From Lama glama (taxonomy: Eukaryota): a stretch of DNA of 64,000 bases. Shown here one piece after another: positions 52,346-64,000 of the stretch (position 1 is the stretch's first letter; each line of letters begins with the position of its first letter). Position numbers and translations under genes: made by a program. The stretch spans positions 7,256,001-7,320,000 of the forward strand of contig CM052832.1 in NCBI GenBank assembly GCA_028534125.1, written 5' to 3'. Below the pieces are notes generated by a model, which did not search any database, was not told the DNA's origin, and saw only the letters and a program-made list of their open reading frames with translations.

Positions 52346-53799
52346 ATGTTAAGGGCTCTTCTACTAATGCTTCCCGACAAAGAGTAAAATTCAGGCCTGT
52401 GGCATCAGGAGTACAGTATGAGGCTGACCCAGGTTTTCTTAAATTGTCTTCACAAACAGCAAGAATGTGGATGCAGAGAACCACGCCCAGACGTATCAAA
52501 TAGCCTTAAAACAACCCTTCTGCTGTCCCTCGATCCAACACACTTGACTCCCCCATCTTCTTTTGCACGTGACCAACCTCTAAACAAGCATCCACCGTTG
52601 ATAAATAAGTCAAGGTCGTGGGCCAGCCACCATCAGAAGCCTATTCCTTCACCCAAGTAGGATGACGAGTAGTGGGGGAGAAAAGCCAGCTGCCGCTGAC
52701 GCCATCGGGAATGAGAAAGAGAGAGCGCCAAGCCCATCGCTCTGTCCGCCCCCTTACGGGGCTGGAGAACAGCATGGGAGGAAAAATGGGACGATTCTGG
52801 GCCCAGATCACTCTGTTCTGATTAAGTCTGTTCCCTTCAGCTTATCAGGTAAAAATGTCTGCAACTGGGAGTTGCAAGAACAGCTAACAAACAAACAAAC
52901 AAAACTTTTTAATAAAATAAAATGGAGAATATGGAATAATAAAATGTTCTCCAAAGAATTAAAAATGTGCTGATGAGCTGCACAGGTGAGAAGGAGCGAG
53001 CAGGAAGAGAGAACAGTTTGCCTGACAAGCCGAGTGAAGCAGGCTGTTGGGGCAGTTCCAGAAACACGCAGGGGACCCTGCACATCCGGATAAGCTCCCA
53101 CTCACCGAAGTGCCAGCCGGGCTGCAGTCACCCACGGAGCCGCGGAGCAGCACTGCCTACGGCCTCCTCAAAGTCTGCAGGGAAGGAGCTGGGTCGTGGG
53201 AAAGAAAAGGTGGGCACCCCCCTCCCCCACCAGGTCAGGACAGGGAGCTGGTCGGCAGGGACCGGTAGTGTCCCAGCAGTAAGGACACAGGTGGCGGCTG
53301 TGGTCTCTCCTTGAAAGGAACTACAGTTTACTTCCCTGAGGCACCACACACACAAACTCTTAGAAGCCCACTCATGTGTGTGAGGTGTCAGGTGTGCAGG
53401 TGCGCTGGCAAGTGAGAATTTTCCAAGCTGGGTGATATAAAGTATAAAACCTCCAGGCTGGTTCGCATATGGATTCATAAGATACTTGGACTACAGACCT
53501 GCCACGCTGCCAGGCAAGGCAAATAACCTCTTTATGTTCAAGCATCTAATAATGTTCTTCCCTCATATGAGTAGTGACGGGGCTTGGCTTGGTATGAACC
53601 TGCTAATACCAAGCACCACAAGGTAACACTCACCCTTAATTCATCTGAAAATTACCAAATTGGTCCAATTCAGTGCAAAGCTACTATCACTGAAACTTGT
53701 CTCCCAGATTAGAAAGTCAAGAGAACTTTCAGGAGATGGTACATCAAAAAATTATTTCTCCCATTGCAACAATGACATTGACCATCTAGGCACTTATAG

Positions 53800-54309
53800 A
53801 AGTTGGTCCAGGGAACCACTGCGCCCATCAGGCATAGCTTGTGAGGCTTCTTCCCCTTGAATCTAGGCTGCACCTGTATCTTGCTTCAACCAACAGAGTA
53901 TGGAGGATGTAACTCCATGCCAGTTCTGAAGAAGCCTTACAAAGGCCTAAAAGCTCCCACTTTTGCATCTGAGGGAGCCCTGAGCTGCCATGCAGAAAAT
54001 GAGACTCTGCCAGAGGGGCCACGTGGAGAGGGAGAGATGGGACCACAGGAGAGAGAGAAAGGCCCAGCTGTCCCATCCTTCCAGCCATGCCACTAAGGCA
54101 CCAGACCCGGGATTGAAGCCATCACGCGTGTTCCAGCACCAGCCACCGTCTTGCTGCAGCCACACGAAAGACCCAAGCGAGAACCCAGAGCAACCGTCCG
54201 GATGCAATCCCAGCCCACCTGCAGGACCACGAGAAGCAATAAACTGGTTGTTTTTTCAAGCCATTGTGTTTGCAGATGGCTTTGTTATTTAGCAACAGGT
54301 AACTGAAAA
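53800..54309 (+). mobile_element. MaLR solo LTR (MLT1F/H-like)
   Basis: ccccttgaatctaggctg...cttgcttcaaccaacagagtatgg...gaggggccacgtggagag...ccactaaggcaccagac...aataaactggttgttttttcaagccattgtgtttg...ttgttatttagcaacaggtaactgaaa. Confidence 0.85.
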
Positions 54310-55384
54310 AGCAGCAAGAGAACTGAAAGGATTCTATGTAAGGTGATTTACTTTTTCCATCCTCTGCCCAGCCAGTAATACTTTTTCCATCACTTCTCTT
54401 CCCTCACTCAGAACCACTGCAATAGAATATGACATTGCTAACCAAGATTTCACCTTGCTGGAGAAATTCTTAAAATCAGTTGGAACCAAGTGCATAAAGG
54501 GAACCAAGGATCCTAATGGGAACCGATGTTTAAAAGAGTTAGGTCTCCAAACGCATCACTGCCGCTGCTGCTGCTCCACTGGCTTCTCCTGCTGGCGAAC
54601 ACACGGCAGTTGCTCTTCGGAGCTAACTTGCCAACAGGAGGTCAAAACGCCTTGCCTAAACACGAGACTTACAAATTTGGGATCTTAAGTATGATGTCAT
54701 GTCTTAAAATGATAAGCTGGCAGAGAGAATAAATGGCATTCTGTAAAGATGTGCACCATTTTCGTGTTTACGCTACTTAAGATGAAGGTTCTAATAAGTC
54801 ATCAGCTATGTTCCTTTAAAGGGAAGTTTTATAACTGAGATGAATCACAACTGCAAAAGATCAAAGTTAGAAAACATCAATGATGCCATGGGGTACTTTT
54901 TAATCTTGTAATGAGTGATGATCATGTGCTCTTATGAAGTGAGTCCAACTGCCAACGCCAGATGTGTCTATTAAGAGAAGGAGTTGTTTTGTGACGTACA
55001 GCACCGGTTCAGCTGCCAGAGACAGAAAACACAGAAGGAGGAAACCTTTCTGGGTTGTGAGTGAAAAGCGAGTCTTGGCAGATGTGCTGATAAGCAGGGC
55101 CTCCAAGAGGGGCACTAGTGTCACAGCATCCTCTCTTGGACTTTGCCACAAGCAAATTGTGTTCATCACCAGTTCTGCACAGCTGTCCCCAGGCAGCAGG
55201 AACACCTGCTCAGGCACAATTTATAACACTTACTAGTGTCATTTACTAAGGAGCAGAAATTAGTAAAGCCATCTGCAAGAAAAAAAAAATTACCCTAGAG
55301 AACAGAATCTAGATGGTATCTATTTCCTGGAAGCATGCTATAAGCAAAACTACAGCAAACGTCTGACACTGAAGGAAACTGATA

Positions 55385-55645
55385 TAGTAATAGCTAACGC
55401 TTAATAAGCACTTGTACGTGACAGTCACTGTGCTATGCGTTCTACACACATTACATCATTTAACATCTCTGCAGCAGCTGATGAGAAAGATGCCATCATT
55501 ATTAGTCTCACTTTAACAGATGAGGAACCTGAGGCAGAGAAAAGCTAGGTAACTTGACTACCACCACACAACTGGTGAATGAGGGAGCTGGGCTTTCAAT
55601 CCGGACAAGCCTGACACTAAAGCCACACCCTTAATCACTATGTAT
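55385..55645 (-). mobile_element. MIR SINE, near full length
   Basis: aatagctaacgcttaataagcacttgtacgtgacagtcactgtgctatgcg...cactttaacagatgaggaacctgaggcagagaaaagctaggtaacttg...cccttaatcacta. Confidence 0.88.
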
Positions 55646-55997
55646 GCTGAGCAAAGATCCAGTCAGCTAACCCAGAACGTGTCTTTGTTCAAAGAGCTCA
55701 TCCACCAGAAGTAGCCTTTCCAATATACACCATGATCTGCAGAGGAAGGAATGAAAGTCCATGAATAAGAATCTATAGTACAGGATACTCAGCTCCTTCA
55801 AACCTCTCCAGTAATAAACAGATGTACACTATTTTGATGACAACCACTACTTAAAGAATTAAAATTCTGTGGGAGAGGATGCTAAAACAATTGCATTTGT
55901 TGTCTTCTTTATTTTTTTCTCTCCCCCAAGGAAAGCCTTTTTCTAAAGCCCTTCTCTGTTTAACCATCGATAAAATTAGCCACTTTGAAACCTAGAG

Positions 55998-56215
55998 TGA
56001 TGGTTGGTAAGCTAAAAGTTGTGTGCCAAATCTGCCCCACCACCTGTTTTTGTAAATAAAGTTTTACTGAAACACAGCCGCAACCATTCGTGTATGTACT
56101 GCTGCTTTTGAGCTACAGTGGCAGAGCTGAGTACTGCTGATGGAGATCAAACGGCCCACAGGGTTGAAATCATTTACTATCTGGCACTTCAGAGAAAAAG
56201 TTTGCCAACCCACGT
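55998..56215. mobile_element. MER58A-like hAT-Charlie relic
   Basis: gccaaatctgccccaccacctgtttttgtaaataaagttttactgaaacacagcc...tttactatctggcacttcagagaaaaagtttgccaaccc. Confidence 0.85.
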
Positions 56216-58414
56216 TCTAAAGGATTCTCCATTTAACATCATATACACACCAATCAATCAAAATCCTGTTATGTTCACAGCTGAAGAAAATGGAAAGTCC
56301 TGGGAGTCTCAAAATTAAAGAACCATACTGAGAAGAGTGCTATACTTACAAGCATTCAATGCCCAGATGGTCAAGAGCAGGGCCAAGAGCAGGCCAAGAT
56401 CCAGGACAGAGAATCCAGGTTGTAGGATCAAGATGTTACTGATACCAGGCCCAACCTTATATCCAGACACTGAGTGTAGCCAGTCACCTCGTGAGGTCAG
56501 AGAAATGACATCACATTTTCCTGGGTGTTTCTGGCTCGTGAGAAATGATCCTCGGGCTGACCTAGGGTGGTGGTCAGCCGCTCGAGATCTGTATCTGCTT
56601 CCCCCTCCACCCTCTGCACCCTCAGCAGCACCCAAAGCCTGAACTCAGGTCACACACATACCATCCACCCATCTACCCATAACCCTTACTGCTTTCAGAG
56701 TACTTCTCTGCCTTTGCAGGGCAGTGAGCCTATTAAGTGATTAATTCTGCCAGCAACCTCCTGGGAGTGAGATAACACACTACCCTCGCTTGGAAGAGAA
56801 GTAACTTTCCCAAAGCTACTCTGCCTCCTCACTTTTGTCACAACTCTCAGAATGAGGCAGAGCCCACCTTTCTTTGCTTCCTCTCCCAGCCATCAACTTT
56901 GAGCATCAGCTCGCAAGCATCTGGACACACACACACACAGAGACACACACAAACAATAATGGTTTTTCCAAGAACTGAGAAGAGCAGCTGAGATCAGCAG
57001 GAAACATCTTTACAAGATAAGTTAGTAGTGTTAAATGTTTAAAAACTACCATCCTGCTTTACGCATCAGCAAAATGGAAGTCCCCCACTTTTCAGGATCG
57101 CAGGAGCTACTGAGATAAAATGTTAGGAGGTGACTTTCATCTTAAGGCATCTTCCCAGATGGACAGCAGTCCAGAAAAAGTTAGGCAGAACCCCAAGCCA
57201 GGCAAGAAAGACCTGGGCTGATCTCATCCCCTGCACTGCATGTCAACTGGCCCTGATGACTTGTGTGTGGCCACCACCTAACAGGACGTTCTCAACCTGA
57301 AGGGACAGGGCCAGCACTCCCGACGCTGAGATCCTAGAAGAACGCCATACACGTGAAAGGAGGAGAAGAGAAAAACCTCAAAGACTGGCTTTTGAGGCAG
57401 GAAACCTCCCTAGTTCAGACGAGCAGTCAGCCTCTGTGAGAAGAAGAAGCAGTGACAAGAGGGGCGGAAGGGCAACGTGCGTTCCCACCGCTGAGGACCA
57501 GGCTGCCCGGGCAGAGGCAGAGCTTCACCAGCCCTTCCTCTCGGTTTTAGGGGAAGAAAAGCGATGCCTCTCTCACTGTCCAGGCAGGTGTCTCGTTATA
57601 TAACCAACATTTCTGCCAGCTTTACCTCCACCACAAACCAAATTAAACTCTTAAAAGACAATGGCTGGGACGCCAGTGTATTCACTCATCAAAGACAGAG
57701 TTCTGTGTGATGTTTCCGCTGGCACAGAATTTTTAATGTTGTCTATGTCCAATGATCTTTAATCTATACATATATTTGAATACTGCTGCAGTGAGGATGT
57801 TCAGATCAGTTTTAGGGGGAGGGAGGAGTAAACCTGTTTTAATTTAGATTGAGAGGGAGATGCCTTTTAACCCAAATGGATTATGGGCACTGTCTTAAAG
57901 GATGCTGGCTACACCTTCTGGATGTCCAGACAGACAAATAAACCAAGGTTTGTCTCTATCTGTTAAAAGAGAAGATCTATGACAATTACTAGAACATGAC
58001 CCAACAACAGTGCTGTAACAATCAAGCAAGTTATCATTTGCAAATAAATTCTTTGTAATTAAGCAGTGTGCTCTTTACAAAGGGAACTGAGTGGGCGAGC
58101 CAAAAAGTTAAAACACATTCTTAGACCATGGGAAACGTACGCGGATGCTTCTTGACTAAGGTCGGGATTTCTCAGTTTATTGTTTTCTCTCTCAGCTCTC
58201 ACGGGGCTGTTCCGCGCTGTCTGTCTACCGTGTACGGTGGATGAGCGGAACGTTTAGCAAAGTGTTACAGTGATGGAAAGTCACAAAGTGATGTGGGTCT
58301 TAGCAATTTTGTGGCAAAAGTTAAAAATGTAATGTGATTCTCTACTAACTGTGAAGTTCTCCTCACTGTCCCTCAGAAAAATATGTATCAATAGCAAACT
58401 CTGCAAAGAAACTA

Positions 58415-58792
<378 letters not shown>

Positions 58793-60049
58793 TCACTAAG
58801 CTTGCTGAGTGCTAGGAACATCACCTTCGTGCCAGCACTGGCGGAGAAGGCTCCAGTTCCACAATAGAGCAGCTCTGTAGCAAGAGTTGTAAAGAAAACA
58901 AAAACTCAGGTCCACTTGAAGAGGGTTCTCTCCCGTTACAGTTTTCCCCAACATCAGGAACACATCCAAGCCCAGACAATTTTAGAAGTCTTTATTTAGG
59001 ATTAGGTCATGACCCCATGAGAGAACAATAGTAAATCACTGTTGATTATGCTATTTACTTCACATGGCTCTAGCATTTCATTTGCTTAACTGCACTACAA
59101 TAAGAAGATGAAAGAGGAAGGTTCTTCTGGGAATCATTTTAACAGGAGCCAGTGTCTCCTGTCCTGGCCTTAATATGCCTGTGGTATGATGATTTCATCG
59201 TTGCTGGAACAAAGTTTTTCTCCTCCCTGACCCCCCCTTCCCTCACATACATCCTTGCTTAGCAGCAATCCTGAAATAACTCCCCGACAGTGACTTATTT
59301 TTTGCTAAATGTACATGACATCTTCCAATGTAAATATGAATTCTTGCTTTTAGCAGAGGGTGTGCTTCACTGAAATATTACATCTGATGTTTCAAATTAA
59401 TGAACTAAAGGTGATGAATGTGGGGGGACAGAGAAAAGTTTGGGAGCCGACTTTGGATGTTTGCTTTCTCCTAAAGATACCAGACTCTGCTACCCAGACT
59501 CACTGACAGTTGTAATCAGTTAGATTTGCAACGGTTAGTCATGTCAGATAGTCAAAACTGCAAACTGTTACAAGACAGGAAAAGGTGGGCGTGAAACAGT
59601 GACTCAATAAAACATTCAGCAATCTCGGGCCAGAGCATTCATTTAGCCTGCTCCTGTAACAGATCTTTACAAAGCTCATTTCGTTTTGCTTTGTTTTTTG
59701 GTCAGAGACTGTTTTTCCCTTTGTCGAAAGCTGAGGGTATTAAATCAAAACACAAATCTTAAACAATATGTAGCGACGCAAACTTTAATGCAATCTTTTC
59801 AAAGCTTAATACGGAACAGGTTACATACAAGGCTTAATGTAGAACAGGTCTTTGGCTGTCAAGTCTAGTGAATGGGTTTTCTTTTCAACCCAAACCATGT
59901 AAGTTCTTAAAATACATTTAAGACACATATCATTTGTTACTCAATATATACAGTTTTAAATCTCTTTGGCTATACTTGGGCCAAGTGAAAAAGAAGGAAA
60001 GAGAAACTGGGGGGTGGAAAGTAGAGGGAAAGATAAACATTGATTAGAA

Positions 60050-60235
60050 AACTGTTAAGTGCCAGTCGCTTTATACACTTTATGTCATAGACTCCTACCC
60101 AGTTGGGTTTATCACCCCCATTTCACAAATGAGGAAACTGAAGCCCAGAGAACCTTAGTAATTTAACCACACAACTAATAAATGGGAAAAATCAGGATCT
60201 GAACTTGGGTCTTCCAGGCCCTAAAATTAATGTTC
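60050..60235 (-). mobile_element. MIR relic
   Basis: tatcacccccatttcacaaatgaggaaactgaagcccagaga...ccacacaactaataaatggg...caggatctgaactt. Confidence 0.8.
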
Positions 60236-61761
60236 TTCTTTTTAACTTTGTCAGAGAATACTTTAAAAAATTAATAGGAGATTTATTGCTACATGTATCC
60301 CAAACAGCTCCATCGGCCCAAGAAACAAATATAAATCCACTAATGTGATATGTCAGCCAGAATGTTGAAATCATCTACCCTTAAAGTGTCATTGATAGAT
60401 CATATTTTATCCATTATATATCAAAAGTTACATGGATTTAAGTAATTTAATTGTCTGGTTAGGGAACAGAGGATTTATTATAAACAGTAAGACTAACCAG
60501 AAGAATAAGGCAGCCAGGAGTCTAAACTGGTTATGGAAAACTGCAAGTCCACAGAAATGGAGACTAGGAAGTTGGGTGGGAAGCCACTGGATCAGGATCA
60601 GGACCTTAAGACAACGGGAAGATCTGGAGGAATGAAGGGGCTGAATCCCTAGATTGGAAGTTAATTTGCATTAAACCATAAAAAGATGCCATGATAGGCT
60701 GGATCGATGGTCTGTGAGCCAGGACTGCATTTCTAACAGTGGCTTCCAGGGTGGTGCTTGGAAGGCAGTTGTCATCCATGGCACTAATCTTAATAAATCA
60801 AGGATGCACACAGCTCAGTTATCCATAATGACTCTAAGTAACCTGCTAGAGACACTGTCCCTGAATTTATCCACACTGGTTCTGAGAATATTTCTATTTG
60901 AGACTTTAACAATGTACTTAGGATATTAAAAGGCAGAGACGCTTCTCCCAAGTTCAGACAAACAGCTCGTGTAGGAACAAACGCCAAACCTGAAATTCAC
61001 CCTGTAAGTATAAAGCATCTAAATGTTCAAAGCAGAACCAGTTTCCTATAAAGACTTCTTATGAAAAGAGGTGGCTTTAGGGGAAAGGAAACAAGCATGC
61101 AAGTATGAGTGTGGCCTTCTAAAATCAAATCCTAGGAGCAAGAAGTACTTTAGCAACTAAAACAAAGACCACAGAGGTTTCATCCACTCCTTATTGCCCC
61201 CTTAGAAAGAAAATGGACATAACGTTCAAGAAACTTCCAGAAACTACCACTCAACTAGGTAATTTGTTCTTCACCCTATAAACAGTAATACACTTCCTAA
61301 GTCAAATGTTTGTATGAGTATTTGAGACTTTCTTAAATTTAAAAAGAAAAACCAACTTTTCCAAATCCCATTGTTTACTACTTTCCATAAGCGATAAAAA
61401 TGCAGGCTCTCACCGAGGGAGCTAGCACTCATTAGTCAACTAATTGTAGTATTCTTGGCTTCATCTAGGAACTAGTTTTGCAATATGTCCTCAAGTCATA
61501 TATTTTCTGAGATACACATAGAAACTGTCATTGAAGGACAATTCCAGCCAAGCCTGAGAGGCTGTCAGAAATAGTCAGGAAAGTAAAGACTGTAAGCAGG
61601 GATTGTATCCTACATTGACAAAGTGCCATGCTCCATACACTGTAGGTGCTTAAAAATGCTTGTAAATTAAAAGCAACAAGCTTAATGTCAAGAGTGAGGA
61701 AGCACACCAAGAAAACTTAAGGACCAAAGACATTTTAAATATGTTTGTTTGGAAGGGGGTT

Positions 61762-61897
61762 GGGGGGTGGGTACAGCTCAATGGTAGAGTGTGTGCTTAA
61801 CATACACGAGGTCCTGGGTTCAATCCCCAGTATTTCCATCAAAAAAATAAACAAATAAACCTAATTACTTCCCTCCTCAAAAAATGAATAAATAAAT
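61762..61897 (+). mobile_element. Vic-1-like tRNA-derived SINE
   Basis: ggggggtgggtacagctcaatggtagagtgtgtgcttaacatacacgaggtcctgggttcaatccccagtatttcca...aaataaacctaattacttccc. Confidence 0.9.
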
Positions 61898-64000
61898 ACT
61901 TCTGTTTAAAAATACAAAGGAGAAAAAGGAAAAGACGGTTAAAAAAATATAAGCCACTCCTAACTCAATACAAGTTTCACCAATGTTCTATTTTTATTCC
62001 AAAGCACTTCCAAAAGTTGTGGTCATCAGAGAACCTGTAATGCCAAAGTAGTGATGGACTCCTTTCTCGATCTAAAACTGTCTTCCAGTTTCTTGAGAGC
62101 TTCTATTCCTACCACTGAAAAGAAAAAATGTAACATTTAAGGAATAGGTGTTTTTTATTTTTTAATGCTATTGAAAATAGAAAATTTAAATAGCTGGGGG
62201 AAAAATACAAAGGTAGCAGCATGTTGACCGAGACTTAAAACTGTAAGAGAAGTGTAGAAGTGTGACAGTCAAAGAGGAAGCTGGAAAGAGCCTGTAAGAA
62301 AGCAGGTCAGCTACACAGGCAGGTTAAAGGGTTTCCTGCCACTGAAGAACTGACCCATTTTTTCTTTTATTCAAAGAGTGGTATCTCTTATCAGTGTCCT
62401 TTTTTTCTCCATTTCGGCTTGATATTACTCTTTCCTTTCATGTAATGTTAATGTTGTGATATAAAAATCTATTATTAGTGATAAATCAATTTTTCTTCCT
62501 TTCTCCACCAGCTCCCCCCTACCCCCAATCTAAGTCTCGAAGACAAGTCTGGACCAATTTCTCCATCCTGCCTCTGGCAGCAGACTGTAGCATTTCAGAT
62601 CCTCCACCAAGTCCCGGCTGCTTCAAAGGAAAAATCCTACTTTCTTCAGTTAAGATCATAAGAAATATAGGGGGAGGGGGTCAGCTCTGTTTGGACATAA
62701 TTACACTTCATCAAAAGAAGCTTTCTTCATCTTCCATGCGTGAAAAGTCTGCAAGCAGTTAAGTCTGTCTCTTTTTTTTAAATATAAAAATTGCTATTTG
62801 GGAAACCAGCCAAAACTCAGAAAGCCAATATAGTAAAACAGTGCACACCCTTTGTTTCTCTTTGAAGTTTCTTAAATAAATATGTTGAGGGTTTACAAAG
62901 TACACTATCACTTTGCCATAGTTTCTACTCAAATTGATCAGAGAAAAGTTATGCAGCATCTATATAATACAAAAGCAAGATAAATGAAAACACTAGCTTG
63001 CATCTATAAAGTAAAATAAAGTATAGCGCCTGGTCTTTTAAATACCAAAATTCATTACTCTAGATCAAAACAAAGTAATACTACATAAGGAGAAAATGTA
63101 ATTCAGAGCATACAGGTAAATCATCATGTTCAAATTTTTCTTGATTCTTACTAGAAGAAAGAGAAACTTTCATTGTACTGTGGGCCTGCACCAGTAACTG
63201 AGAAAGAAAAAAAAAAAAAAAGAATGAACACACGTACACACTTCACACCTAATCAGTCAACAGTGAGATAGGATGTGTTTTTTTTTTCTTTTAATGAACG
63301 TGAACTAAACCTGATGCAGAGATAACCCCTAAAGTTTTGATTCTACCAGAGGCTCTGAGCCTCATTTTATTTCAAACCTTTCAGTGACAGTATCTCATTA
63401 GCATGCATCATTTTTTTAAGTTAAAAGTACAACTTCTTGGCCCTATTCCTAGAAAGTAAACTAAAACTACTCATCGGAAACAGGCTTGCTTAAATTTCCC
63501 TTATCAACTTTTTACAATGGTAATAATTTGACATCTGATCCAAACTAAAGTGCAGTTATTGGACATGGTTTAAAAATTGATGTCTCTCATTTCCTAATTC
63601 AAACCTGGGTTGAAGTAATTCCATAGGTCTTTATAATTTATTTCACCCACGTTCCAAAGGGGTCTATTTTCTATCTTCTTATCGAAATACTTAAAAATGG
63701 AAATATTAGATTCAATAAATAAATAAATGAACATAATACTTCTAATGACTGACTATTAAAAGTCTCTCTACAGAATAAGTAAATAAAAGCCAAAATACTG
63801 GTTTCCTTAGAGGCTTTTTAAAAAAACATTAACCCCTTTTATGAAACAGCTATGAAAACCCTAAAAGGGGTTATTTTCTGTTTTATGATCTTTTGAAGGA
63901 TTCCTAATATTTGAGTGGGGTGGAAACTCTTAACTAACGTGGAAATATTTAGAGTCCTGATCATTCATCTGTCTAGGCAACTCTATGTAGTCATTCTAAC

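Noticed and set aside
55095..55120. CTCF-like motif ccaagaggggcactag (similar near 29125 and 41510)
   Set aside because: One base short of the core spacing CCASYAGRKGGC; not supportable without ChIP data.

Overview
Mammalian genomic DNA, very probably a camelid, judged from four copies of a tRNA-derived SINE resembling Vic-1 and artiodactyl-type L1 3' ends. The whole window lies inside RUNX2 on the minus strand. Two coding exons are visible. The 105-bp exon at 58513-58617 encodes the end of the Runt domain ([35 protein letters not shown]). The 174-bp exon at 6697-6870 encodes [58 protein letters not shown]. They are joined in frame across a 51,642-bp GT-AG intron that contains a 500-N assembly gap. 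The rest is intronic: L1, L2, L3, MIR, SINE, MaLR and hAT relics, microsatellites, a 312-bp pure purine tract and several candidate enhancer segments. I found no new gene system or prokaryotic-type system. The most unusual observations are: (i) an inverted pair of L2-derived arms around the purine tract whose mismatches are strongly biased toward G-U wobble pairs on the RUNX2 sense strand; (ii) a TSD-flanked L1 3'-transduction or retrocopy-like insertion inside a MIR; (iii) inverted young L1 ends flanking the 174-nt exon; (iv) repeated retrotransposition into the same target site. Repeat family names come from my recall of consensus sequences, and repeat boundaries without TSDs are approximate.
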